From Verrucomicrobiia bacterium (GTDB lineage: Bacteria > Verrucomicrobiota > Verrucomicrobiia > Limisphaerales > UBA11358), in NCBI GenBank assembly GCA_030038175.1, contig JASHPN010000208.1, positions 1-53,447 on the forward strand: a stretch of 53,447 nt of DNA, given 5' to 3'. Under the pieces are notes generated by a model. It did no database searches and was not told the DNA's origin. It saw only the letters and a program-made list of their open reading frames with translations. The position numbers and the translations under genes are program-made. Of this stretch, positions 1 through 9,896 are shown in pieces (position 1 is the stretch's first letter; each line of letters begins with the position of its first letter).

Positions 1-367
1 GAAAAACCACTGGATCGCGGGTACGCCGACCCCCACCCATCCGCCCCTCTTTTGTCCTCCCCTCCATCCCCTAAGTCCCATCCGTGCCATTTGTCCCTTT
101 TTCAAATCTCAGATTTCCAATTTCCAATGCCCCCCGGACCCGCCAAACGCCCCCAAAGTCCGTAAACGAAATCAAACCCGCAAAAAATCCCACCGCTCGA
201 AAAATCTTCAAATTCCCCAATGAAATCGCGGTTTCTGCAGGACCGCGCTTCGTTTACCCGTTTACTTCCCTAGACACGTAAAAAGTGTGTGCTCCGCCAT
301 ATCCTTGGCGAAGCGGCCATTTTTTTACTGGGAATTTGCCCCAAAAAACCTACAATCGAAAAACACT

Positions 368-1414
368 ATGGAAATTAAAAAACGGCTCGTGGAAAAATCT
401 CCCGCAACTGCCAACGACGATTTGATCGTCATCACCGGCGGCGGCGGATTTATCGGCGGCAACCTCGCGCTTTATTTTCAGAAGAAAGGCTTCACCCGGA
501 TTCGGTGCGTGGACAAAAAACCGGTCTATGAATGGTATCTGAAAGTTCCGGGCGTGGAGAACCTTTGCCTGGACGTCAGCCAGGAGGACAACTGCCATCG
601 GGTCTGCGAAAACGCCGTGGAAGTCTATAATCTGGCTTGTGACATGGGCGGGATGGGATTCATCGAGCGATTTCGCGTGGAATGCCTGCGCAGCGTGCTC
701 ATCAATACGCACATGATCGAAGCGGCTTATCAGGCCGGCGTGCGCCGTTACTTTTATTCCTCCTCGGCGTGCGCGTACAACACGGACCTTCAGAAAGATC
801 CGAAGGTGCGGGCATTGAAGGAGTCGGACGCGTATCCGGCCATGGCCGAACGCGGCTACGGCTGGGAAAAGCTCATTTCGGAAAATTTCTGCCAGGAATA
901 CTGGCACGAGCGCGGCATGAAAACGTTCATCGCTCGTTTCCACAACGTCTATGGTCCGCACGGCACCTGGGACGGCGGACGCGAAAAAGCTCCCGCCGCG
1001 CTGTCGCGCAAGGTGATTCAGGCGATTGATTCCGGCAAGAAGGACATCATGATTTGGGGCGACGGCAGCCAAACGCGCAGTTTCATGTATATTGACGATT
1101 GTCTGAAAGGCATTGACACGATCACCCATTGCGACGATTTGATTGCCACTCCCATCAATCTCGGCTCCAGCGAACTGGTGACCGTGAACGAATTGCTTTC
1201 GAAGATTGAAAAAATTGCGGGCGTGAAGCTCAAACGCCACTATGACTTGAGCGCGCCCAAGGGCGTGGCCGGCCGCAACAGCGATAATACGTTCATCAAA
1301 AAGGCCCTGCGTTGGGAACCCAACACGCCTTTGGACAAGGGCCTGGCCGTGACGTACCAATGGATTCGGGAACAGTATCTGGCCCGAAAAGAAGGCAAAC
1401 GCGTCGTGGAATAA
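368..1414 (+). CDS. NAD-dependent epimerase, GDP-mannose 3,5-epimerase-like (extended SDR)
   Basis: ITGGGGFIG Rossmann motif, YGWEK (YxxxK), and ACDMGGMGFI / RFHNVYGP / GGREKAPAA segments typical of GME; ATG at 368 chosen within ORF 287..1414. Confidence 0.9.
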   Translation: MEIKKRLVEKSPATANDDLIVITGGGGFIGGNLALYFQKKGFTRIRCVDKKPVYEWYLKVPGVENLCLDVSQEDNCHRVCENAVEVYNLACDMGGMGFIERFRVECLRSVLINTHMIEAAYQAGVRRYFYSSSACAYNTDLQKDPKVRALKESDAYPAMAERGYGWEKLISENFCQEYWHERGMKTFIARFHNVYGPHGTWDGGREKAPAALSRKVIQAIDSGKKDIMIWGDGSQTRSFMYIDDCLKGIDTITHCDDLIATPINLGSSELVTVNELLSKIEKIAGVKLKRHYDLSAPKGVAGRNSDNTFIKKALRWEPNTPLDKGLAVTYQWIREQYLARKEGKRVVE

Positions 1415-1455
1415 CCGGCGCTTGACGCGGTCACTTCCCCGCAAGAAAGTAGAAC

Positions 1456-2799
1456 ATGTTCGATTCTCTAAGCAGCAAGCTCCAAAACGCGTTTCGCAAT
1501 TTGCGCGGGTTGGGAAAAATTTCCGAGAGCAACGTCGCCGATTCCCTGCGCGAAGTGCGCATGGCATTGCTGGAAGCGGACGTGAATTTCAAGGTTGCCC
1601 GTGATTTCATCGAGCGCGTCAAGAACAAGGCCGTCGGCGTCGAGGTCATCCAGAGCGTCCAGCCGGGCCAGCAGATCATCAAAATCATCCACGACGAACT
1701 CGTGGACCTGCTCGGTTCGCAGAATGCCTCGTTGAATTTAAGCGGCAATCCTTCCGCGATCTTAATGGTGGGATTGCATGGCTCGGGCAAAACCACATCC
1801 AGCGGCAAGCTCGGTCGCCTCTTGCAAAGGCAGGGACGCCAGCCGTTGCTCGTGGCGGCGGACGTGTATCGTCCCGCGGCCATGGACCAGTTGGAAACGC
1901 TTGGCAAACAGATCGAAATTCCCGTTTTTCTGAAGCGCGGCGAGACGGATGTTTTGAAAATTGCGCGCGAGGCCCTCGATTTTGCCAGGGCGCAAAATCG
2001 AAACGTGCTGATTTTTGACACGGCAGGCCGGTTGCAAATTGACGAACCATTGGTGCAGGAGCTCGTCCGCCTCCGCGACCTGGTCAAACCGCAGGAAATC
2101 CTGCTGGTGCTGGACGCCGCGACCGGCCAGGAAGCCGTCAACGTGGCGACGCATTTCGACCAGGCATTGCAAATCACCGGCTCCGTCCTGACGAAACTGG
2201 ACGGCGACGCGCGTGGCGGCGCGGCGCTTAGCCTAAAATCGGTAACAGGCAAACCCATCAAATTTGCCGGCGTGGGCGAGAAGCTGGAGGATTTCGAACC
2301 ATTCCATCCCGAACGAATGGCCTCGCGGATCCTCGGCATGGGCGACGTCGTGAGCCTGGTGGAAAAAGCGGCGGAAGCGGTCAGCGAAGAGGACGCGCGG
2401 AAGCTCGAGGAGAAGATGCGCAAGGGCGAGTTTACCCTCGAAGATTTTCTGGAGCAATTGCGCGCGATGAAAAAGCTCGGCTCGCTCGAAAGCATCCTCA
2501 AGATGATGCCGGGCGGGGCCGAAGCCCTGAAGCAGGTGGACGTTGGCAAGCAGGAAAAGGAATTTAAAAGGATGGAAGGCATGGTTTGCGCCATGACGCT
2601 CAAAGAACGCCGGACCCCGCAAATTCTCAACGCGGGCCGCCGCCGGCGCATCGCCGCCGGCAGCGGCGTGACCGTCACGGAATTGAACACCATGCTCAAT
2701 AAATTCTTCCAAATGCAGCAGATGATGAAGAAGATGGGCAAATTCCAAAAAATGATGACCCGCATGGGCGGCGGATTGCCGGGGATGTTAAAGAGGTAA
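1456..2799 (+). CDS. ffh: Signal recognition particle protein Ffh
   Basis: ALLEADVN, GLHGSGKTT, DTAGR, TKLDGDARGGAALS motifs and Met-rich C-terminal M domain. Confidence 0.98.
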   Translation: MFDSLSSKLQNAFRNLRGLGKISESNVADSLREVRMALLEADVNFKVARDFIERVKNKAVGVEVIQSVQPGQQIIKIIHDELVDLLGSQNASLNLSGNPSAILMVGLHGSGKTTSSGKLGRLLQRQGRQPLLVAADVYRPAAMDQLETLGKQIEIPVFLKRGETDVLKIAREALDFARAQNRNVLIFDTAGRLQIDEPLVQELVRLRDLVKPQEILLVLDAATGQEAVNVATHFDQALQITGSVLTKLDGDARGGAALSLKSVTGKPIKFAGVGEKLEDFEPFHPERMASRILGMGDVVSLVEKAAEAVSEEDARKLEEKMRKGEFTLEDFLEQLRAMKKLGSLESILKMMPGGAEALKQVDVGKQEKEFKRMEGMVCAMTLKERRTPQILNAGRRRRIAAGSGVTVTELNTMLNKFFQMQQMMKKMGKFQKMMTRMGGGLPGMLKR

Positions 2800-2827
2800 G
2801 GGGTACGGTTCCAGTGGACTGGGACGA

Positions 2828-3080
2828 TGGCGCATCTCACTTTTTGAGAAGCAAAGAGGCAGAAGATGTCGCCCCGATGGGGCTCGGGGAATTTATTTGG
2901 ATTTTTTAATACCGAGATGTCGCGCCCGCGGCGCTCGCCACTTACCATTGACCGTCCAGGGGCGCACTTTCAAGCCCCGTTTAGGGGCGGCATCTTTGTA
3001 GAAAACCAAACAGATAAGAGAAAAAGCCCCGTTAGGGGCGACATATACTGACACTAACTCACAAAAACTGAGATGCACCC
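2828..3080. mobile_element. Degenerate MITE with REP-like palindromes inside
   Basis: Ends TGGCGCATCTCACTTTTTG and ACAAAAACTGAGATGCACCC match the TIRs of the intact copy at 36157..36396; interior has ATGTCGCCCCGATGGGGC and GCCCCGTTAGGGGCGACAT hairpins. Confidence 0.6.
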
Positions 3081-3168
3081 TTGGACTGGAGTGAAGTTTT
3101 GCGGATTGCGAATCGGCCGGAATATGGCAGTTTTATACAGTGCCAGGCGCTGGTGCGCGAAGTAGCCA

Positions 3169-3417
3169 ATGAACTCAAAATCAAAAGCCCCCTCGATACC
3201 GATTGAAGGCTCGATCAGTTGGCAAGACTGGTTGAAAGGTCGGCGCTATCGTCGCGAATTAAGTCAGCGTGTGGCCCCGGGCATCAATCGCCGCAAACGC
3301 AGTTCCAGCGACCGGCGGCTGAAAAAACTCTTCAAAGGCGAGCGAGGCTTGTCTTTTACTCCCACAGAAGAACTTAAGTTCAACTCCCCGAGCCGCCCCA
3401 GCAATGGCGGCCGGTGA
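3169..3417 (+). CDS. Small basic hypothetical protein (82 aa)
   Basis: ATG-started R/K-rich ORF outside any repeat; no recognised family. Confidence 0.5.
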   Translation: MNSKSKAPSIPIEGSISWQDWLKGRRYRRELSQRVAPGINRRKRSSSDRRLKKLFKGERGLSFTPTEELKFNSPSRPSNGGR

Positions 3418-3495
3418 CACACACCATGTTTGGTGCCGTGATATTATCGGCCTGATTTCCTGCTTGCCGTCTCTGAACCGGGGTGCAATTTTGAC

Positions 3496-3774
3496 TTGAT
3501 GCTTCGTCTTAGCATTCCAGTCCTTGCGGCAATTATTATTGCTTCGTCACTGCTAACCTTCGCTGCTATGCTCGCGGCGTTCGTGTTGGAATGGAATGTA
3601 GGGCCATTGTGCGCCTTGGTAGGCGAACCTATTGGGCCGCTTCTTTGCCTGATTTTATGGGTTGTGCTCGTTGTCGAAACCAATTGGAAAAGGAATAGAG
3701 ACCGGGGGTGGCTTTTGATCGGCACTCTTTTCGGTGTATCCCCGTTCGCTGTCTGCATTATCGCGATGAGCTGA
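3496..3774 (+). CDS. Small hydrophobic membrane protein
   Basis: About three hydrophobic stretches; non-ATG start, start position uncertain. Confidence 0.4.
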   Translation: MMLRLSIPVLAAIIIASSLLTFAAMLAAFVLEWNVGPLCALVGEPIGPLLCLILWVVLVVETNWKRNRDRGWLLIGTLFGVSPFAVCIIAMS

Positions 3775-3844
3775 ATTTCAGAGCGAGCTGAACGACAACC
3801 AAATTTTTCTGGTTTTTGCGCCCGAATCAATTTTATGCTAAGCG

Positions 3845-6010
3845 ATGCATCGGGTCATTTACTTAATCTTTTTCCTTCCTCTTTCCCTTTTTGCCGCAGA
3901 CTTGACCGGCTCCGGTGGTGACACCAACCTGGACGCCGAACGCACGTGTTTCCAAACCAGCGCGCCTTTCAGCGGTTATGGTGATATTGGCGCAGACGTC
4001 GCGATCGTGTATGGCATCGGGAAAGATCTGCCTGGCCGCGTCCGGGGCTGGCGGCGCCACGGTTATCACGTCCAAATGATGACCGGCTCGGCGTGGGGCG
4101 GATACGGTGATTATTTGGACGGAAAGTGGGATGGCACGAAACACTGGGACGAAGTCCAAACCGACAGCCAGGGCGCTCTTCACAGTCATGGCGGCGATAT
4201 TTATTACATGTGTCCCGGCACGAATTTCGGAAATTACCTGTGCACGGGCATCCAACGCGCGCTGGACGCGAAGGTGGAGGCCATCTACCTGGAAGAACCG
4301 GAATATTGGGTGCAGGACGGCTATTCCGCGGGCTTCAAGCGCGAGTGGAAAAATTTTTATGGCGAGGACTGGCAGGCCCCGGACAGTTCCGTGGACGCGC
4401 AATGGCGGGCGTCCAAACTGAAATATTTTTTGTATCGCCGTTTATTGCAGCAGGTATTTGATTATGTCCGGGCTTACAACCACCGCACCGGCAGCCACGT
4501 GCGATGTTACGTTCCCACTCACAGTTTGCTGAACTATTCGCAATGGCGAATCGTGAGCCCCGAATCAAGCCTGGCGCGATTGAACGGTTGCAATGGCTAT
4601 ATCGCGCAGGTCTGGACTGGAACCTCCCGCACGCCGAACATGTATCATGGAAAACTCAAGGAACGCACGTTCGAGACCGCTTTTCTTGAATATGGCGTCA
4701 TGCAAAACCTGGTGCGTGCCACGGGACGCAGCGTGTGGTATTTAAACGACCCGGTCGAAGACAATCCGAACCACGATTGGCCTGATTATCAGCGCAACTG
4801 GGAATCCACCTTGACCGCGTCGCTCTTTCAGCCGGAGGTATCACGTTACGAAGTGGCGCCCTGGCCGGAACGGGTTTTTGGCCGCAGTTATCCCCGCAGC
4901 GTGGCTCCCGAGGATCGCAAACCGATTCCGCCTGCCTACGCCACGGAACTTCAGGTGGTGTTCAATTCCCTGAAAAACATGAAGCAGGACGATGTCCAAT
5001 GGGATTGCGGCACGCCGGGCCTGGGAGTGTTGGTCAGCGATTCGTTGATGTTTGAACGTGGCGGCCCGTCGCCCAGTGATCCCAACCTTGGCCACATCTA
5101 CGGCATGGCCATGCCGCTTCTGATGCGCGGAATGCCCGTCACGCCCGTTCAGTTGGAAAATGTGGCCATCCCCCATTACCTCGACCCGTTTCACGTTTTG
5201 TTTCTGACCTACGACGGGATGAAGCCTCTCAGTCCTGAACCCCATGCGGCGCTGGCGGATTGGGTGCGGCAGGGCGGCGCCCTCGTCGTCTGTGATGACG
5301 ATGCGGATCCATTTGATTCGGTCCGTGAATGGTGGAATGGCAACGGATTGCATTTCCAGACGCCCCGGGAGGATTTGTTTGAAAGACTTGGATTCAATCC
5401 ACGGGCGGCTAATGGAGCGACGCCGTTGATTGCAAGGGTGGGAGAGGGGACCGTGATGTGGTTGCGCGAAAATCCCGCGCAAATGGCAAATACTCCCAAC
5501 GGCGATTCAGAATTTATCGAATTAGCCAAACAGGCGGCATCCGAGGCGCACATGGAATGGGATGAAAAGAACTACCTGATGCTTCGTCGCGGACCCTATA
5601 TTGTCGCCGCGGGATTGGATGATTCCATCGGCGGCGCGCCAAGGGTTTTGCGGGGACATTTTGTGAATCTTTTTGATTCCGAACTGAAGGTCCGGAATCA
5701 GATCGCGATTTCTCCCGGCTCGCGTTTCTATCTCCTGGACCTGGACCGCGTCTCAAGCGATGCGCCGCGCGTCCTCGCCTCCGCCTGTCGAGTGATACCG
5801 ATCACTCGGAACCCGAAAAAATTTTCAATGTTCGTCGAAGGCGTTACCAACACGCCTGCGATTGTTTTAGTGAAGTCGGATACGGCGCCGCGATCGGTTA
5901 AACTGGGTGGCAAAAAGATCGCCACTTTCAAATATTCGGCGGACGATCAGTTGCTCTGGATTCAATTTGAGAACAATGCGGAGCGAAGGAAGCTTTCGAT
6001 TGTTTTTTAG
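3845..6010 (+). CDS. Secreted glycoside-hydrolase-like protein with GH42-type trimerisation (GATase-like) domain; family unassigned
   Basis: Signal peptide (MHRVIYLIFFLPLSLFA), aromatic/acidic N-terminal region (AIYLEEPEYW), central LADWVRQGGALVV segment; 721 aa. Confidence 0.75.
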   Translation: MHRVIYLIFFLPLSLFAADLTGSGGDTNLDAERTCFQTSAPFSGYGDIGADVAIVYGIGKDLPGRVRGWRRHGYHVQMMTGSAWGGYGDYLDGKWDGTKHWDEVQTDSQGALHSHGGDIYYMCPGTNFGNYLCTGIQRALDAKVEAIYLEEPEYWVQDGYSAGFKREWKNFYGEDWQAPDSSVDAQWRASKLKYFLYRRLLQQVFDYVRAYNHRTGSHVRCYVPTHSLLNYSQWRIVSPESSLARLNGCNGYIAQVWTGTSRTPNMYHGKLKERTFETAFLEYGVMQNLVRATGRSVWYLNDPVEDNPNHDWPDYQRNWESTLTASLFQPEVSRYEVAPWPERVFGRSYPRSVAPEDRKPIPPAYATELQVVFNSLKNMKQDDVQWDCGTPGLGVLVSDSLMFERGGPSPSDPNLGHIYGMAMPLLMRGMPVTPVQLENVAIPHYLDPFHVLFLTYDGMKPLSPEPHAALADWVRQGGALVVCDDDADPFDSVREWWNGNGLHFQTPREDLFERLGFNPRAANGATPLIARVGEGTVMWLRENPAQMANTPNGDSEFIELAKQAASEAHMEWDEKNYLMLRRGPYIVAAGLDDSIGGAPRVLRGHFVNLFDSELKVRNQIAISPGSRFYLLDLDRVSSDAPRVLASACRVIPITRNPKKFSMFVEGVTNTPAIVLVKSDTAPRSVKLGGKKIATFKYSADDQLLWIQFENNAERRKLSIVF

Positions 6011-6051
6011 GCAAGCATGGAGTGAACTGAAGATGCAGAGTGGAGTTAAGT

Positions 6052-6268
6052 GGGCGCATCTCACTTTTTTTAATTTTAGCCGGACTATGTCGCCCCTAGC
6101 GGGGCTTTTTCTCCTATTTGTTTGGTTTTCTACAAAGATTCCGCCCCTGAACGGGGCTTTCACGCGGGCCACAGGACGGCTAATGGGGACCGTCAGCGCC
6201 GTAGGCGCGGCATATTTGTAGAATCGGCCGATTGAGAATCGCCAGCTCCGTAGGAGCGGCATATTCTG
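6052..6268. repeat. REP cluster (family A) with one MITE-type end
   Basis: Starts GGGCGCATCTCACTTTTT; 6130-6268 is a near-identical inverted copy of 33055-33205. Confidence 0.7.
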
Positions 6269-6431
6269 CTTTGCAAGCTGTTGTAATGGCGCACACAGCA
6301 AAATCTCACGACGGTAACGATGGGAGGACTTGAATCTCCAAGCTCAAGTTTAATTGAAATCCTGCACTTTCACCGCGTCAGTTATTATGGTATTCGTAGT
6401 CCGGCCGAAATTGCGGATCAACATCGTATTT

Positions 6432-7043
6432 ATGCGTTTTCAAATTCTCATTTTTGACGGTTTTGACGAAATGGACGCGGTGGCTCCCTATGAAGTGTTG
6501 CATTATGCCGTCCTGGCGAAAACCGGCGCGAGCGTGGAACTGGTGACGGCGGATGCCGTTAGCGAAATTACCGCGAATCACGGGTTGCGGATTCGACCGG
6601 CGGGACCATTGAATTTGCAGCAGCGGCCGGACGTGTTGATTGTTCCTGGAGGCGGTTGGATAGACCGAGCACCGCGCGGCGCGTTCGCGGAAGCAAATCG
6701 GGGCGTGATTCCCAAAATGATTAAATCATTGTACGAGGCCGGAACGGTTTGCGCCTCGGTTTGCACCGGCGCGATGCTCCTGGCACGGGCGGGAATTTTG
6801 ACAGGCCGGCCGGCCACGACGCATCATGGCGCTATGATTGATTTGGAGCAATCGGGGGCGCAAATTGTTCGCGCGCGTGTCGTGGATGACGGCGACGTCG
6901 TGACCGCAGGCGGGGTGACGTCCGGCCTGGATTTGGGGCTTTGGCTCGTGGAACGCTTCTACGGTCCCAAGCTGGCCCACATAATCGAAGTGCAAATGGA
7001 ATATGAGCGCAGAGGAACGGTTTGGAGAGCAGCCCCCAAATAG
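6432..7043 (+). CDS. DJ-1/PfpI family protein
   Basis: FDGFDEMDAVAPYEV, VPGG, SVCTGA nucleophile elbow, TAGGVTSGLD. Confidence 0.9.
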   Translation: MRFQILIFDGFDEMDAVAPYEVLHYAVLAKTGASVELVTADAVSEITANHGLRIRPAGPLNLQQRPDVLIVPGGGWIDRAPRGAFAEANRGVIPKMIKSLYEAGTVCASVCTGAMLLARAGILTGRPATTHHGAMIDLEQSGAQIVRARVVDDGDVVTAGGVTSGLDLGLWLVERFYGPKLAHIIEVQMEYERRGTVWRAAPK

Positions 7044-7060
7044 CGCGGCTGTGAGGGTTT

Positions 7061-7519
7061 TCATCTTTCCGCACACAGCCGGCCATCGGTTAAAATTTGA
7101 GCCCGCAGTCCGCCGCCGTTTCGGAGAAACAGTTCCGCGCCCGGCGCGAATGCATGGTCCATCCAATAACATGGCTTGCAATGCTCCGTTCCAAGAAATC
7201 TCACACCTTGAATTTCAAACTCCGCGCCGATCAGCGAGTTCAAATCCACACCTTCAGTCACGACATTGCGCCGCGCGGCGCCGGGTGATTTTCCAGAAAG
7301 CTTCAACGCGGCGCACATCCCGTCAAATATTTCCCGTGAGAAGAAGGTTATCTGTCCCCGGTAATTCTCTTTGTGGCTAAAGAAACGGTCTCCCGGGACG
7401 CCGCAGCCGGCGACACATTCAATTTCCAAAACTTCAACCACGGGATGGCCGCCGGCGGGTCGTCCGTGATGGCCAAAATAGTTGTGACCGGGTGAAATGT
7501 AGAGTTGCCGGATTTTCAT
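7061..7519 (-). CDS. MOSC domain protein
   Basis: GVPGDRF, GQITFF, ARRNVVTEG, CKPCYWM, GGGLRAQIL motifs; last gene of the nitrate operon. Confidence 0.85.
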   Translation of the reverse strand: MKIRQLYISPGHNYFGHHGRPAGGHPVVEVLEIECVAGCGVPGDRFFSHKENYRGQITFFSREIFDGMCAALKLSGKSPGAARRNVVTEGVDLNSLIGAEFEIQGVRFLGTEHCKPCYWMDHAFAPGAELFLRNGGGLRAQILTDGRLCAER

Positions 7520-7536
7520 GTGGTTCAATAGGGGCT

Positions 7537-9870
7537 TCACGGGTGCTGGTTTGAAGAGTCCGCACAAATTTGCGCGAACAATTCATTAATATGCCGGCGC
7601 TGGCCGTCGGTGAATGGCGCCGTTTCAGGCAGCGTTAAAGCAGCATTGCCGTTTGCTTTGTGGTGGCGCAGCGCGAAAGCCAGCCATTCGCTTAAAATTT
7701 CATTTTGTTCCGGCGTAAAATCCCGTTTCTCATCCAACGCTGCTTTGCTTAGCGCCACGCTCGTGAATTTAAATTCCGGCTGCAACGAGATTGGGTCCAC
7801 CGCTTCATTCGTCGCCGCATTGACCGCCAGATTTTCACCAAACAAATCGTTCCAGTGAAAGGGAGCAAAGCAATCCCCTGGCCGGACCCGCCGGGTTATT
7901 TGAGCAGGATAAACCGCCAGACCGCGCCGCGAGGTGACTTTGACCAAAGTTCCATTTTCGACGCCCAGCGCAATGGCATCTTCCGGATTGATTTCTACAA
8001 ACGGCCCCGGATTAAGCTTGTTCAAAACGGCAATCTTCCCGGTTTTTGTCAGGGTGTGCCATTGATGGGCAACTCGCCCGGTGGCAAGCACGAAGGGGAA
8101 ATCTTTATCGGGCAATTCCGCCGGTGGGAGGCATGGACGCGCAAAAAATCGCGCCCTGCCGGATTCCGTCGGGAATTGAATGGTTCGGCCGGCGGATTTT
8201 TTCCCTGTAGGCGAAACGGCATAGCGGATTTTCCTCCCCTCCTTTTCATCCGGTCCGCACGGCCATTGGCAGGTGCCCCGCCGCAGCCGGTCGTAAGAGA
8301 TGCCCCGCAGGTCGTAACCGGTCCGGAAATTCCACGATTGCCGAATTTCGTCAAAAACGTCGCCGGCGCTCTCGTAATTAAAACTATCGCCAAATCCCAG
8401 ATGCCGTGCCGTTTGCGCGAGGATCTCCCAATCTGCCCGGGCATCACCGGCCGGCGCAATGGCCGCCGGCATCAATGAAACTGTTCGCTCGGAATTGGCC
8501 ATCGTGCCTTCCGCTTCGGCCCACAATGCGCCGGGCAATAGAATATCGGCAAATCTTGAAGTTTCCGTCGGATGATAAGCGTCCGTGACCACCACCAGTT
8601 CGGCGCGCTGCAAACCGGCGATGACGCGTCCGCGATTGGGCATCGAAGCAACTGGATTGGTCCCCGTGATCCACACGGCTTTGACGTCGCCGGTCTCCAG
8701 TTTTTTGAAAAGTTCAACCGCATCCAGGCCGGGCGAGGCGCGAATTGTGCCGGGAGGCAGCCGCCATAATTGTTCGATAAAGGCCCGGTCGCCGGCATTG
8801 GCAACATGACGCTGGCCCGGCAACGCGTGGCTCAAATAACCGACCTCCCGCCCGCCCATGGCATTGGGCTGGCCGGTCAGCGAGAAGGGGCCGCTGCCGG
8901 GGCGGCAGATTTTCCCGGTCGCGAGGTGCAAATTGCAAATGGCATTCGTGTTCCACGTTCCGTGCGTGCTTTGATTCAAGCCCATCGTCCAGAACGTGGT
9001 GAACTCCGGCAGTTCTCCAATCCATTTTGCCGCCTGGCAAATATCGTTTTCGCGCAAACCGGTGATTTTCGCGACCTGCGAGGGCGAAAATTCTCCCAGG
9101 AATAAACGCACCTCCTCCCAACCTTCCGTATGTTGATTGATGAATCCTTCATCAATCTGTTGGTTCTTCACCAACAAATGGAGCAGCCCATTCAACAACG
9201 CCAGGTCGGTGCCGGGTTTGATTTGTAAAAATAAATCCGCGGTTTCAGCCGTTGGGGTGCGGCGCGGATCAACGACAATGATTTTTGCCCCCAGCTTTTG
9301 GCGGTCGAGCAAACGCAAAAAAAGAACGGGATGGCATTCCGCCATGTTTGAGCCAACGACCAGGGCACAGTCCAGGCAATCAATGTCCTGATACGAGCCG
9401 GGCGGGCCATCAGCGCCGAGCGACAATTTATAGCCGCTGGCCGCGCTGGACATACACAGGCGCGAGTTGGAATCAATATTGTTCGTTCGCAAAAAACCTT
9501 TGCAAAGTTTATTGGCGAGATATTGCGCTTCCATGGATAATTGGCCTGAAACATAAAACGCCACGGAATCCGGGCCGGATTGCCTGACGATGTCCTTCAA
9601 TCGCGCGGCGGCCTCGGCGATGGCCATGCCCACCGGCAGGCGTTGCATCTCTGAGCCGCGATCTTTCCGCGAGTACGCCGACAGCAATCTTTCCGGCGCG
9701 GTGAGCGTTTCGGCGCACGTCAGGCCTTTGGTGCAGAGCCTCCCAAAATTTGCGGGATGGTTTGGGTCGCCCGTCACCTTAACGACACGTCCGTCCTGTA
9801 CGGACAAGATCATTCCGCAACCAACACCACAATAGGGGCAAACCGTGCGGACATTTTTAGGCAGTGGCAT
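7537..9870 (-). CDS. nasA: Assimilatory nitrate reductase catalytic subunit (Mo-bisMGD, 4Fe-4S)
   Basis: CPYCGVGCG...GRLCTKG cluster motif, NSRLCMSSA, TGQPNAMGGRE, C-terminal molybdopterin dinucleotide-binding domain; ATG at 9870. Naming varies (nasA/nasC/narB). Confidence 0.93.
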   Translation of the reverse strand: MPLPKNVRTVCPYCGVGCGMILSVQDGRVVKVTGDPNHPANFGRLCTKGLTCAETLTAPERLLSAYSRKDRGSEMQRLPVGMAIAEAAARLKDIVRQSGPDSVAFYVSGQLSMEAQYLANKLCKGFLRTNNIDSNSRLCMSSAASGYKLSLGADGPPGSYQDIDCLDCALVVGSNMAECHPVLFLRLLDRQKLGAKIIVVDPRRTPTAETADLFLQIKPGTDLALLNGLLHLLVKNQQIDEGFINQHTEGWEEVRLFLGEFSPSQVAKITGLRENDICQAAKWIGELPEFTTFWTMGLNQSTHGTWNTNAICNLHLATGKICRPGSGPFSLTGQPNAMGGREVGYLSHALPGQRHVANAGDRAFIEQLWRLPPGTIRASPGLDAVELFKKLETGDVKAVWITGTNPVASMPNRGRVIAGLQRAELVVVTDAYHPTETSRFADILLPGALWAEAEGTMANSERTVSLMPAAIAPAGDARADWEILAQTARHLGFGDSFNYESAGDVFDEIRQSWNFRTGYDLRGISYDRLRRGTCQWPCGPDEKEGRKIRYAVSPTGKKSAGRTIQFPTESGRARFFARPCLPPAELPDKDFPFVLATGRVAHQWHTLTKTGKIAVLNKLNPGPFVEINPEDAIALGVENGTLVKVTSRRGLAVYPAQITRRVRPGDCFAPFHWNDLFGENLAVNAATNEAVDPISLQPEFKFTSVALSKAALDEKRDFTPEQNEILSEWLAFALRHHKANGNAALTLPETAPFTDGQRRHINELFAQICADSSNQHP

Positions 9871-9896
9871 TTGACATTGGACCGCGCGATGAACTT

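Noticed and set aside
84-281. 65-aa ORF at window start
   Set aside because: Low-complexity P/K-rich translation, non-ATG start, no motif; more likely the upstream region of the epimerase gene.
1431-2948. 505-aa minus-strand ORF
   Set aside because: Antisense shadow of ffh extended into repeat DNA.
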